64,000 nucleotides of DNA. Source: an uncultured virus (IMG/VR IMGVR_UViG_3300042880_001179). Its lineage: Duplodnaviria; Heunggongvirae; Uroviricota; Caudoviricetes. Under the pieces are notes generated by a model. That model had not been told where the DNA came from. It was given only the letters and a program-made list of their open reading frames with translations, and did not search any database. Below are positions 35,389 through 46,000 of this stretch, one piece after another. Both the position numbers and the translations under genes were made by a program. How positions within the stretch are numbered: the first letter of the stretch is position 1; each line of letters starts with the position of its first letter. The stretch lies in the IMG/VR virus record IMGVR_UViG_3300042880_001179; one strand, 5' to 3'.

Positions 35389-36271
35389 ACACCAATAGTG
35401 ATTGTTTAAACCATGAGCATTCTTCTGTGATGATATTTCTGGCCTCTATTGTCAAATGAGGCAGAAATTCAAATCCATAATTTGCCATGGTTTGAATGGC
35501 TTCATCGTTATTTTTGCAGTTTACATGCCCGATGCCCATTTGTCCTCTAACTGCCCAAGACATAACTAAAAGACCATCACAATTTTCTTTAATATTGTTT
35601 AGAAACTGACTAGAAAATGTGCTTGGAATGTGTTCGGCAACTTCTAGACATATAATATTGGATTGTGTAATTTTGAATGGCTTGGTTAAATCTTGTTGTA
35701 TGATGTTTTCAAAGTATTTATTTTCAGGGATTGCGCCTTCATATCCTATTAGATTTTTAAATTTTGCTTCTTTTAATTTGTTTAAGTAGAAACCTCTACC
35801 ACAACCAAAGTCGGCGATGACGTCGTTTTTGTTGAATTTTTTTATAAGCCATTCAGCTAAATTTTGGCTATGGAGATGATGGCTGTGATCGGTCCAAAAT
35901 CCTGTTTCTTGGATATGTTTGTTTTCTCTGTGTCTTTTTTCGACTTCCTTACGGATTTCAACATAAGCTGTTGTTTTTGGTAATTTGTCAAGGCACTGCA
36001 GTGCATTTTCAGTATCCATTTTATCAGCATAGGCCATGGCTAGTTTAAATAAGGCATTGTTATACAATTCATAATCTTTTTTTTGTTCTACGCATAATTT
36101 GAGATATTTAATAGCAGAATCATATTGTGCAACTTTGTAATAGCAATGCCCCAGAACAAAATACTGTTCCGGGGCATTAACAAATTCAGAAGCTTCGTCA
36201 AGAATTTTTATAGCAAAGCTTGTTTTGCCGTTTTCAAAGAATATTGAAATTACTTGTTCTAGTGGATTCAT
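35372..36271 (-). CDS. TPR + class I SAM-dependent methyltransferase
   Basis: N-terminal TPR-like YFVLGHCYY...A; IADFGCGRG; CLEVAEHIP. Confidence 0.75.
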   Translation of the reverse strand: MNPLEQVISIFFENGKTSFAIKILDEASEFVNAPEQYFVLGHCYYKVAQYDSAIKYLKLCVEQKKDYELYNNALFKLAMAYADKMDTENALQCLDKLPKTTAYVEIRKEVEKRHRENKHIQETGFWTDHSHHLHSQNLAEWLIKKFNKNDVIADFGCGRGFYLNKLKEAKFKNLIGYEGAIPENKYFENIIQQDLTKPFKITQSNIICLEVAEHIPSTFSSQFLNNIKENCDGLLVMSWAVRGQMGIGHVNCKNNDEAIQTMANYGFEFLPHLTIEARNIITEECSWFKQSLLVFKKTS

Positions 36272-36309
36272 TTTATGCCTCTTAAATAATTATAAGAGGC
36301 ATAGAGAAA

Positions 36310-36948
36310 TTATTTTGTCTTTTTAATTTTAATGCCGTAGTCTTCACATCTGAGCATTTCGAGTTCTGCTCCGAAATGAGGCACGTATTCGTATTCATTG
36401 CCAGCCTTGGTTTTTACACGAATACGGTTTCCAGCTTTTTTCATGGATTCAACAATAATTTTCTTTTTGCTATTATTGGCTACAAGTTGACGATTTTCAT
36501 TGATTGCGCCACTGCCAAGGAAATATTTGTTTTCGTTGTTGGCACCCATAGCACCGAAAATCTTAGATAGTCCGAATTGATCCATAGGTTTAGCGCCGGG
36601 TTCAAGGACTTCGATTTCAACGTCGCCTTCGACTGGTTGCTCTTCATCAACTTCTACTTCAACAGCTTCGCCGTCTTCGCCACCACAACCACAGTTGCCA
36701 CCACAACCACAAGCGCAATCATGATCGGCATCGTACGTTAAAGCGTCTCTGACACTACTGATGGCATCTTTTGCTACACTAATCTTGTGTTCAATCCAAC
36801 TTTCGATTTCGTCATGCTCATCGACAAGTGGCATAATTTCATCTAAAGCGTGTTTAATCGCATGTAAGTTTCGGGCAACCATATAGCTGCCTTCCTTTTG
36901 ACCTTCCATGTCTGCATGACGGTTTCCACATTCTTTAAATTTCTTCAT
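36310..36948 (-). CDS. acidic phage hypothetical protein
   Basis: MKKFKE; EGSYM...IESWIEHKIS.A; Cys/Gly and acidic linker. Confidence 0.7.
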   Translation of the reverse strand: MKKFKECGNRHADMEGQKEGSYMVARNLHAIKHALDEIMPLVDEHDEIESWIEHKISVAKDAISSVRDALTYDADHDCACGCGGNCGCGGEDGEAVEVEVDEEQPVEGDVEIEVLEPGAKPMDQFGLSKIFGAMGANNENKYFLGSGAINENRQLVANNSKKKIIVESMKKAGNRIRVKTKAGNEYEYVPHFGAELEMLRCEDYGIKIKKTK

Positions 36949-36990
36949 GGTATTTCAGGTTTCCCCGCCTCATAGGTTTAAACCTATATA

Positions 36991-37632
36991 TTACTTAGGC
37001 ACGGTAATTTCTTTACCGTTCAAAGTGAAGTTCTGTGTAACCTGAACTTTAGTAATAAGTTGGGGCACCCCAATATGATTACAAATATTATGTTTTTTAG
37101 CCTCTTTTGCTGTCATGAAAATGTCTGCGTGGTTGTGTTTGTGCAACAATTCCATGAAATAATCTTCTTTCTTTCCTAGGTTTTTTGCTGCTAATTTGAA
37201 TATCAAATTGTTGAGACGCTCAGTTTCGTGTGCATCTGTTTTGATTTCTTCGACTTTTCCAAAACTGAATGCACTTACTTCATGTATCATGAGTGTCGCA
37301 TGTTCAGACATGAATCTTAAACCTTCAGAACCAAACATGAACAGCATGGCCCCGCAACTCATGGCTTTACCGTTACAAATAGTAGCAATCGGAATTGGAC
37401 TGCTTTGAAATAGAGAAATTAGTTCTAGCAAGCAATAAACTTCACCGCCATAACTATCAATTACTATGGGTATTACTTTGGGACAAAGGCTTAGGGCTTT
37501 ATTGAATTCCTCACTAAAATGCTCAACCATTTCATAATCAAAAACTTTACTCAGTCTTATAAGTGGTGTTTCAACTCCCAGATCCGATAATTTGCAACGA
37601 ATGTTCTTGTCGATATCAACATAATTTTGCAT
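36991..37632 (-). CDS. clpP: ClpP-family serine protease
   Basis: IDSYGGEV, GKAMSCGAML, LMIHE, DIFMTAKEA. Confidence 0.8.
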   Translation of the reverse strand: MQNYVDIDKNIRCKLSDLGVETPLIRLSKVFDYEMVEHFSEEFNKALSLCPKVIPIVIDSYGGEVYCLLELISLFQSSPIPIATICNGKAMSCGAMLFMFGSEGLRFMSEHATLMIHEVSAFSFGKVEEIKTDAHETERLNNLIFKLAAKNLGKKEDYFMELLHKHNHADIFMTAKEAKKHNICNHIGVPQLITKVQVTQNFTLNGKEITVPK

Positions 37633-37656
37633 GTTTCATTCCTTGGGATTACAAAA

Positions 37657-38364
37657 TTATAGCGAATTTTTAATTTTGTAATTTTCTGTGAAACCAACAT
37701 TTTTAACTTTTGTTTGATTTTCAAATTCGTATCCGAAAAAATCGATATCTTGTTTGAACATCCCATAAACTTTTGATTTTAAATTTTCGTTATAATATTT
37801 TTTGTATAAGTGATGATTTGTTTTGTTAACATGATATTTGGCTGCAAATTTAATAGAATCAAATTTGTAATTATTTTTAGCATTAAGATATTCACAAAGG
37901 GCAGCCATATCCTTTTTTAAGTTGCAAAAATATAGTATGTAATCTGCTTTTAGCTTAATGTTTGGACATGAAATAATTTTATATTGTTGCATATGCTTTA
38001 AATCGGCATGGAATGCTTCTTCGTAATACATTTTATTAATGTACATGTCGAATGAAGTTTCTTCTTTAAATAAGCCTCTTTTTTGGTTGTAGTGGTAGTG
38101 AGAAACAATTTGGTCGTATGTATTTCTAACACAACTGACAACAAAAGCACTGTCTTTAATTTTCAATTTTTTATTTTCTAATGAATCGGTATCTGTAACT
38201 TCCCAGAGAATGTAGTCTTTTTTTAGTTTTGGTTCACCTTTTGATATGTGTGGGTGGGCCGCTTCATTAGGAACAATATTGTTAAAAAATTGTTCGATAC
38301 TTGTACCAGCACATTTCGCTATGTGGAAAAAAATAATATCATTTTTATAAGCTACAACGCCCAC
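37657..38364 (-). CDS. sulfotransferase family 2 protein
   Basis: IFFHIAKCAGTSI (5'-PSB), VRNTYDQIVSHYHY (3'-PB), DIDFFGY. Confidence 0.8.
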   Translation of the reverse strand: MGVVAYKNDIIFFHIAKCAGTSIEQFFNNIVPNEAAHPHISKGEPKLKKDYILWEVTDTDSLENKKLKIKDSAFVVSCVRNTYDQIVSHYHYNQKRGLFKEETSFDMYINKMYYEEAFHADLKHMQQYKIISCPNIKLKADYILYFCNLKKDMAALCEYLNAKNNYKFDSIKFAAKYHVNKTNHHLYKKYYNENLKSKVYGMFKQDIDFFGYEFENQTKVKNVGFTENYKIKNSL

Positions 38365-38365
38365 A

Positions 38366-39658
38366 TTAAACCAGCTTTAAATCGACAATTTTTACTAATT
38401 GGTCGGGTGTGCCAATAAGGTGCATAAAGTGCTTTATCATGTTTTTGCTTAAGTTTACTGGTCTGTCAAACAATTGTTGCATGGTTTGGGGATTTAAATG
38501 CCCGGAATCCAAGAGGCGATGTAGTCTTACCAAGAAGGCTACATTCTCAGCATCTAGTGCGGAAAATCCTCTGGATTTAAGAATGTCTTGAACTTGATTA
38601 GGATCATTTCCAAGCAAGGTGAGGGCTAGTGCTATTACTTTATTATTTGGAATTAAGGTGCAATCCATGACTCCACAAGGGTCGATAAATTTTAGTCTTG
38701 GGAAGATTTTTCCAAGCAATTGAGTTTCTTTAAGATTTTTTAGATACTTGGAAATTGGCACATCGGAATTTTCGATTGCCGAATTAAAAAGTCTTCTGAG
38801 AACGGACGAATCATAATCATCAAATTTAAATTCCAGAATGTCATCAATAAGGTCTTTTGACAATTTACCTTCATTGCCGAATCTGGCACCCATATTGCAA
38901 AGAATAAAAGGCAGGTATGGGTTTTTTTGAAACAGAAGCGATGGTTTCCTGACAAGTCTAACAACCCCAGCCCTTAGGTCATGCATTCCACCTTGGGGAT
39001 CTATCAGTTCACCATTCTCTCCATCGCTTTCTTTAAGCTTAATATACATGCTATTGATACTTACGTCTCTAGCCATGCTGTCTAGTTCTACGCTGGTCGT
39101 AAATCTTGCTTTGACTGGTAATATCAATCTATTTTTTTCGTGTAGTGAAAAAGGTGAAATATGAACTTTTTGTCCATTAACAACAGCAGTTATTTCTACC
39201 TCTTGCATATCGTGATCCCAGCGACTGGGATAAAAACAATATTTGTGATCTTCAGAAGAAGGAAATTCTTTGTATTTTGATAGGATTTGTGGATCGCTAA
39301 CGTTCGGTCTCACTTCCTTAAATTTACCTTGTGGTGATTTGAGGATTTTCTTTATTTCATCTGGTGAAGCATTTGTGACGCACTGGTAGTGTTCCACTCC
39401 TTGATTTGCCAAGTGGTCTCTGACAGATTCACCACAAAGATAAAGGTCTTTTCTTTTCATTGTTGGTTCAACAATGCCTTTGCCTTTTTGAATAGTGGCA
39501 TATCCCAAGGACACTTCCCCGCTATTGTCGAAGGCTTCTATAATTCTTACCAAGGCGGGATGAGATTTATTTGAAACAAGAAGCGGCCCGAATTTACCAT
39601 CGGGGTTTCTTTCTTTCAATCTGTACTTTGCCACTATTGGCGTGTTCTTCTCTTTCAT
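38366..39658 (-). CDS. CCA-adding enzyme/poly(A) polymerase-like protein with degenerate active site
   Basis: LYLCGESVRDHL, TNASPDEI, D...RDVSINSM, LIDPQGGMHDL.AG.VR; DxD replaced by HYQ. Confidence 0.7.
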   Translation of the reverse strand: MKEKNTPIVAKYRLKERNPDGKFGPLLVSNKSHPALVRIIEAFDNSGEVSLGYATIQKGKGIVEPTMKRKDLYLCGESVRDHLANQGVEHYQCVTNASPDEIKKILKSPQGKFKEVRPNVSDPQILSKYKEFPSSEDHKYCFYPSRWDHDMQEVEITAVVNGQKVHISPFSLHEKNRLILPVKARFTTSVELDSMARDVSINSMYIKLKESDGENGELIDPQGGMHDLRAGVVRLVRKPSLLFQKNPYLPFILCNMGARFGNEGKLSKDLIDDILEFKFDDYDSSVLRRLFNSAIENSDVPISKYLKNLKETQLLGKIFPRLKFIDPCGVMDCTLIPNNKVIALALTLLGNDPNQVQDILKSRGFSALDAENVAFLVRLHRLLDSGHLNPQTMQQLFDRPVNLSKNMIKHFMHLIGTPDQLVKIVDLKLV

Positions 39659-39665
39659 TTATCCT

Positions 39666-40106
39666 CTATGGTGCTGCAGGTCCAGCAAAAACAACTTTTG
39701 AAAGCCAAGTTACAAACAAAGGCATAACAACTGACACTATTACAAATGCCACTATATTTATATACAAATGAAATCTTTCTATTTTTGATTCCAATTTTTC
39801 CATTTTTTCTTTGGTTATTTCAATTCTTTCCTCTAAGTGGTCAATTTTCTCTCCTGATTTTTCATTCAGTTTTTCCAAAAGAAGTAATTTGTGGGTGCTT
39901 TCTTGTATTCTGGTTACAGTAGTTTCAAAATCTTTTGCCTCTATGTTGACAAGTCTTGTGGCAAGATTTGTGTAAGCATCAGAAAGATCATCAACTTTAT
40001 CAGACAAGGTTCCTTGTCCCTTGCTGATAGAGTCCAGATGACCATCAAGCCTTTCTACTAGCTTTTCTAGCAAGGCATTTGTAGTTGTAGGTTGTTTAGG
40101 TGCCAT
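39666..40106 (-). CDS. coiled-coil protein with C-terminal TM helix (XhlA/holin-like architecture)
   Basis: heptad repeats then IVAFVIVSVVMPLFVTWL. Confidence 0.55.
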   Translation of the reverse strand: MAPKQPTTTNALLEKLVERLDGHLDSISKGQGTLSDKVDDLSDAYTNLATRLVNIEAKDFETTVTRIQESTHKLLLLEKLNEKSGEKIDHLEERIEITKEKMEKLESKIERFHLYINIVAFVIVSVVMPLFVTWLSKVVFAGPAAP

Positions 40107-40172
40107 CTTTTTATTTATAGCTTTTTGGCGGTTTTTAAAACTATATTTGGATGATTTAAACTAAATAATAAT

Positions 40173-40601
40173 ATGAAAGATGATTCGCTTATACCAGTGC
40201 CAGCAATGAATGTTGCAGTGCCCACGCAAATGCCGTCTTCGAACATTACTGAAAACGATTTGCAAAACATATATTCCGAAATCATGGATGATTTAAGAAG
40301 CGATAGAAAAGAAATAGATGTTTTGCTTAGCAACTTTGTCGAAATGGTCATGAATGAAGGAGATAGCTCTTCTTCAAGTAAAGAAGCAGTTGTCAATTTG
40401 GTGAAGATTAAGAACGATGTGGCTGATAAGAAGGCCAAAATAGCAGATCTTATGACTTCTTTAGTTTTAAAAGACAAAAACATATCTAAATTACAGGCAA
40501 CGCAAAACAATCACATACATATTACTGATAGACGAGCAATATTGGAAACTTTGAAAAACGCAAAAAAGGTGGAAAATGAGCAAGTGGGCAACAATAAATG
40601 A
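40173..40601 (+). CDS. hypothetical protein
   Basis: TAAATA 6-11 nt before ATG; 142 aa helical. Confidence 0.75.
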   Translation: MKDDSLIPVPAMNVAVPTQMPSSNITENDLQNIYSEIMDDLRSDRKEIDVLLSNFVEMVMNEGDSSSSSKEAVVNLVKIKNDVADKKAKIADLMTSLVLKDKNISKLQATQNNHIHITDRRAILETLKNAKKVENEQVGNNK

Positions 40602-41919
40602 TTGGCTAGTAAGCGAAGAAGCAACTGGTGGTTTCGATGTCCTTTCTTCCCCTTTAGATCCATCTGCAGGCGGCGGTTCCGGCATTCCTCCCACTAATTC
40701 CCAACCACCCGGCACGGAAGGAGGTGGCATACCTAGCACTCCTATCCAGAATCCAAATCAGCCCAACCCGATGGAAGCCCCCAAGCCTGTAGGAGCAACT
40801 GGGCCAAAAATGGCCGCTCCTATTGCGCCTGATATGCCGGAAAAAGAATCTGATGAACAACAAGATGCAAGTTTCCAAATGTGGAAAAGCAAGTTTTTCA
40901 GAGAAAGCGTTAAGGGCGATGTCAATGCACTATTAGATAGCTGCATGGCCATGAGAAACAAAGACTTAGACACCTATCCTCGCAAGTTTATTGAAGACAA
41001 TATCCAAATTCTATTTTTGCGACAAAATGCCAATATTGACAAAGCGTCTCAGGCAATCAGAAAGGCAGTCAGGGAACAACTTGACCACAACAATCCCTGT
41101 GTGACTTTGATTCAAAGTGTGGTCCAAACAGTGCAGCCGATGCCTGAATTGTCAAATATATTCATCAAGATGCTGGGCCTTTACAGCACCAAGGCAGATT
41201 ATCACAGAAAATATGTTGCTTCTCTCTTGGGCGCAGTACAAGTAGGCAGCGGCGGAAATAATGAGGATTTGATTTTCAATCAAAGAGATTACAGCATTAG
41301 AATCTCCACAAGAATGAACGGCAAGTTCGGCATGTTGGAACTTGGAAACTGGTATATGGATTCTAATGACCCTTCCAAGTTCTTATCCGAATCCGAACTG
41401 GAAATGATGGAAAACGGCAGTCCTGATGAAAAGAACATGCTACGTAAAAGAGTGATTTTAGAGAGTATCGCCGACAATTTCCAAATGCGCTCTTTCTTTA
41501 TGAATGTTGTAGAACAAAATGGAACCAACTATTTTGTTGGTGCAGACTTTGCCAACGCTTTGAGAGACGGCTATAACGAAGGCAAACTAGTTGTTAAAAA
41601 TATAATTAATGATTATTCAGAAAGCTTTTTTGACAGCGAAGGCCAAATGGTTACATTACCGGATATTAAGATTATGTATAATACCAACACTGGCAAAATT
41701 AACAATGAAGGCGAGCCAGTTGTAATAGAAAATGAATTTATAACCAGAAGGGATGGCGTGCTATTCCTGACAGCAAGCTTGGATACTATTAAGGAAGCTT
41801 CATCAGCATTTCAAGGCATAGTTGTCAAAGAAATACCCTATGTTGGCAATCCTAGTGACATCAATACTTTGATTCGCTGTGTTCCGTCAGCGCCTGAAAT
41901 TATTTTGCGTTCTTGCTGA
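40576..41919 (+). CDS. hypothetical protein with Pro-rich N-terminal region
   Basis: 447 aa ORF; MSKWATINDWLVSE. Confidence 0.8.
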   Translation: MSKWATINDWLVSEEATGGFDVLSSPLDPSAGGGSGIPPTNSQPPGTEGGGIPSTPIQNPNQPNPMEAPKPVGATGPKMAAPIAPDMPEKESDEQQDASFQMWKSKFFRESVKGDVNALLDSCMAMRNKDLDTYPRKFIEDNIQILFLRQNANIDKASQAIRKAVREQLDHNNPCVTLIQSVVQTVQPMPELSNIFIKMLGLYSTKADYHRKYVASLLGAVQVGSGGNNEDLIFNQRDYSIRISTRMNGKFGMLELGNWYMDSNDPSKFLSESELEMMENGSPDEKNMLRKRVILESIADNFQMRSFFMNVVEQNGTNYFVGADFANALRDGYNEGKLVVKNIINDYSESFFDSEGQMVTLPDIKIMYNTNTGKINNEGEPVVIENEFITRRDGVLFLTASLDTIKEASSAFQGIVVKEIPYVGNPSDINTLIRCVPSAPEIILRSC

Positions 41920-41975
41920 CCATAATATATGATGTATTTTATGAAAATAAGTTACAAAAACCATAAATAATAAAT

Positions 41976-42497
41976 ATGAAGACATTTTTGGAATATCAAT
42001 TGCACCGAGTCAAAGATTATGAGCCTAAAAGGCTCCATAATCTTTTTCAAGCTCTTCAAAAGGGAGGATTGGTTGCTGTTGATTTGACAAATGAACCAAA
42101 TGACCCACACATTTGGGTTCAGGCTCATCCAAAACCAGAAGAATATGATGGCATAAGAGTTTATCTTTTGGGCAATATTTGTGCCTTCAGGGTGCAGAAA
42201 ATGAAAAACACTCAACCATATGGCAAGTCATATTCATTAGATTTACAACAAATGTTTGATGATATTCTGGACGATATGGGCGAAGAAGCAAGTGATGACA
42301 TGAATAAAGCTGTCGAAAAACTTATCGAAGAAGTTGGCGACAGAATCAGGAAATTCTACATAGATTCTATCAGAGATGAAGAAGACTTCATTCAGAATCA
42401 GCTGGATGGCGTTGATAGAGATGATGTTGGCGGTGCAGCTTTGGTTCCCAACAGCGGCGTAGATTACTCAAGCACGGTTTACAGCACTAAGAATTAA
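41976..42497 (+). CDS. hypothetical protein with CTS-like N-terminus
   Basis: MKTFLEYQL; TAAATA upstream. Confidence 0.75.
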   Translation: MKTFLEYQLHRVKDYEPKRLHNLFQALQKGGLVAVDLTNEPNDPHIWVQAHPKPEEYDGIRVYLLGNICAFRVQKMKNTQPYGKSYSLDLQQMFDDILDDMGEEASDDMNKAVEKLIEEVGDRIRKFYIDSIRDEEDFIQNQLDGVDRDDVGGAALVPNSGVDYSSTVYSTKN

Positions 42498-42521
42498 TAT
42501 TCTGATGCCCATAAATAATAT

Positions 42522-43043
42522 ATGGCAGCAGATTTAGCTCAATTATTTCTAGAAATTGCTTTGAATAGCCCTCAAAGTGTCAAAAACATCACTGGTTTGC
42601 AGACTGTAAACTCCTTGATGAAGGGCAGTATTGTTCAATTTCAATATGCTTTTTCCAGACATGATCCTAAACCTTTAGTTTTATTGACCAACAATCCTAA
42701 TGACACCAATGACTTTCCCAATTATTTAAGGGGCCTGAATCTTCATTATATAGGCTCATCTCAAATAATGAATCTTATTTCAGTCAATCGAATGAATGCC
42801 TGTGGAGACAGGTCTTTTTCTTGGGATAAAGTAAAAACAAATAATTACATAAAAGGCTCTTTTAGAATATATAAAAAAGCGGGTGTGAGGAATTTAAGAA
42901 TATTGGACTGTAATTATTTGAAAAGAATTTTGGCAGCATCCAAGAAGCTAAACCTGCAAGACTTGACGGCATTACGCTCGAATATTGAAGAGCAGATAAA
43001 TACCGCAATTAATCAAACGGCAGAAAGTATGATAGGAACGTAA
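42522..43043 (+). CDS. T4 gp2-like DNA end protector protein
   Basis: FQY...HDPKPLVL...LRGLNLHY...FRIY. Confidence 0.5.
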   Translation: MAADLAQLFLEIALNSPQSVKNITGLQTVNSLMKGSIVQFQYAFSRHDPKPLVLLTNNPNDTNDFPNYLRGLNLHYIGSSQIMNLISVNRMNACGDRSFSWDKVKTNNYIKGSFRIYKKAGVRNLRILDCNYLKRILAASKKLNLQDLTALRSNIEEQINTAINQTAESMIGT

Positions 43044-43046
43044 AGT

Positions 43047-46000
43047 ATGGCATTTTCCGATAGTATGGGTCGCAATTTTGGTGGTGGTTCAGATGACCTT
43101 GCCAAGGCTCTTTTGGGCAACGTCGGCAACCTCAACAATCTAGCCCAAGCAGCCGCCGATGTAAAAGACCGATATAAAGACATGGCTAAGGCTCTCAATA
43201 GACTTAATAATAACTTTCTCCCAGAGTTTGAAAATACCATAAAAGACTTGAATCAAGCCGTAAGAAAGCTCAATAAAAGCGGCGGCAAATCAAAGGATGA
43301 TAGAAGCGAAGAATATTTATTCGACATAAAAACCACGATGGAAAAGCTTTATGAATGCCTTTGCCTTTCAACAAATCTCAGCAAACACGACAAGACTGTG
43401 TTTAAAGAAGAAAAAAAGATGGCAAAGGAAATGGAAAAACAGAAGCAAAAAGCGGCTGGTGTTTCCGGGGCAGCAGGTGGTGGTGGCGGTAAAAAAGGTG
43501 GAGGTGGAGGGGACACTGGCGGCAGTGGCAGTGGTGGTGGTGGTGGTGGTGGTGGTGGTGGTGGTAGAAAAGGCAGTCGTGGCAAAAAAGGTTATGATGA
43601 AGATGAAAACAAGTATATAGACAATGTTCTCACTGCCATGAATAATTTTCGATCTGGTGTCGAGGAAACCATGTTTGGTTTTCAAGAGAAAACCAGTCTG
43701 GCCATGATGGCCATAGATGGCAATCTATGGAACATGATTAAAAATGAAAATAATTTTGCCGTCGCAGCCAAAGAAGCTGCTTATGAAGTAGGAGGCATAA
43801 CTGCTGAAACAAGAGGTTTGCAGCAAGAATACATGAATATCGGCAAGCAAGTTGCCGAAACAGGCATGAGCAGAGTCAAATACCAAGAAGAATATGTAAA
43901 AAATCTTCGTGCAGGTATTAAAGATGCAAAAATTGCACAGGCTATAAGCAAACAAAGTCTTTTCGCAGAAAAACAATTAGGTCTCAAAGCTGGAGAGTTA
44001 AGTGAACACTTCAGGGACATGAACCTGAGTGGTAAAACAAACGTGGCTCAAACCGGTGAAATGGCTAGAGGCATGTTGCAAACTGCCAGAAATACTGGGC
44101 TAACTGGGGAAAGTCTTAAAAAAGCAGTTTCTGAGAGCGGCAATTTCGTAAATAACCTGAAAAATGCTGCAACTTTGACTGCTTCAGCTGCAAATAACGT
44201 ACTTGAAATAGTTGCCAATGCACAAAAATTAGGAGTTTCTAAGGCTGTAACACCTTTATTAGAAGCTGCCACCAGTAGTGCGAATTTGATTATGAACAGT
44301 TCCCAACAAACTCAAGCGTTATTGTATAACGCTGCTGGGTCTATGGGAAGAATAGCCGAATTACAACAAGGGACTTTATTAAGAAGCAAACAAGGAATTA
44401 AGGATTTGGGACAGGGCATGGAAAATGTCCTCAAACAATTCGGCGTAGATTCACTTGAGGCAGTAGACCATCTTCCCGATGAAATGAAGATGAAGCTCAA
44501 CATTCAATTGAAAGCAGCTTTTGGTGTTGAATTAGGCGAATTGACAAGAACTATAGAAGCAACTAGAGAAGCCGGTAAAGGCCTATCAGAACGACTTACC
44601 GAATTAAACAAAAAAAGAGAATTAAATCTCAACCTTGAAGAAAAAACAGCATTGTTGCAGCAAGAGACTTCCCTAAAGACTAATGCCGCACTCAGCGCTT
44701 TGACAGGCCTTAGCGAAGCCGCCAAAGGCGCTAAGAGCATGGATGAAGCTCTTTCAAGGTTCGATAAGAGATCGGGAGAATTCGCTGCCGATGTCGCCGC
44801 ATTTGGTGGAGATGCAGGAAGTAGCAAAAAAATAGCCGAATCATCCATGAGGGAGGCTGTCAAGAATATGGACAAAGAATTGGCCAAGATGGGCAAACAA
44901 ACATCTGGCGTTTCTGAAGCTGATATCACAGCAGCTTTGCAAGAAGGTCCCGAAAAGTTCCAGTTGGTAATGGACAGAATTAACAAGGCAAATCAGACTT
45001 TGGCTACTGCACAAAAAGCAAATGTCGATCCTGTGACAAGTACTGCCCAAACTTTGGAAGAGTACAACGAGTATTTTAAAGATGATTATGCCGGACCCAT
45101 GCTTGAATATACGAAAGGTATATTAGGTGCAACTGGAACTATGGCTATAGCCATGACTCTATTGGGTTCACAGTTCTTTTTATGGGGAAGTAAACTTACA
45201 AACAGCTTGGGCCTAGGGAAGAAAGCCGCAGATACGGCTGGTGCGGCAGCAAGTGCCTCAGGCGCAGCAGGTGCTGCAGGTAAAGCAGCAGGCAGTGCTG
45301 CAGGAGCAGCAGGAGGAGCAGCAGGGGCAGTTGCATCTGGCGCTATGCCAGTGCCGCCCGCTCCTAACACTAAAGCAATTTCCATGGACTGGAAGTCCAT
45401 GATGGGCCATCTAAAAACTTTAGCAGTAGGTTTAGTAGGAGTTGTCACCGCTGTTGCAGCAATAGGTTTGGCGATTATAGCAATAGGAGTAATAGTACAA
45501 ACGGTTGATGCAGCACTTAATATGGACCCATTGGAATTGGCGCTGAAAGTAACGAAGATAATTGTGGCAGCAACAATAATTGCCTTAGAAGTTATGTTGG
45601 TTTTCAAGGGATTGGAATTAGCAGCAAAGGCATTTGAAAAAACCATCACTCCAGCCAGCCTAATTTCGATAGGTAAATTTGCGTTAATTCTGGTAGCGGT
45701 TACTGCCGCAGTAGTCGGTCTTGCATCTGCAATATTATATATCGCCAAATTTATGACCTTTGGAATCGATGCTGCGATGGCAGAGGAGATTGCAACAAGA
45801 GTTACAACAATAGTAGCTGCGGCAGCTATTGTTGTTATGGCGTGTGCGGCAGCAGCAGCCATAATGATAGGAATAGCAATAGGATTAGCAAAATTAATAG
45901 CGCTTGCGGGCACACTTGCTCCATGGCTGGGACTTTTACCTGTTGTGGTGCCATTCTTTGTAGGTTTAGTAGTTGGCGTGGCTGCAGCTATATTTTTGGT

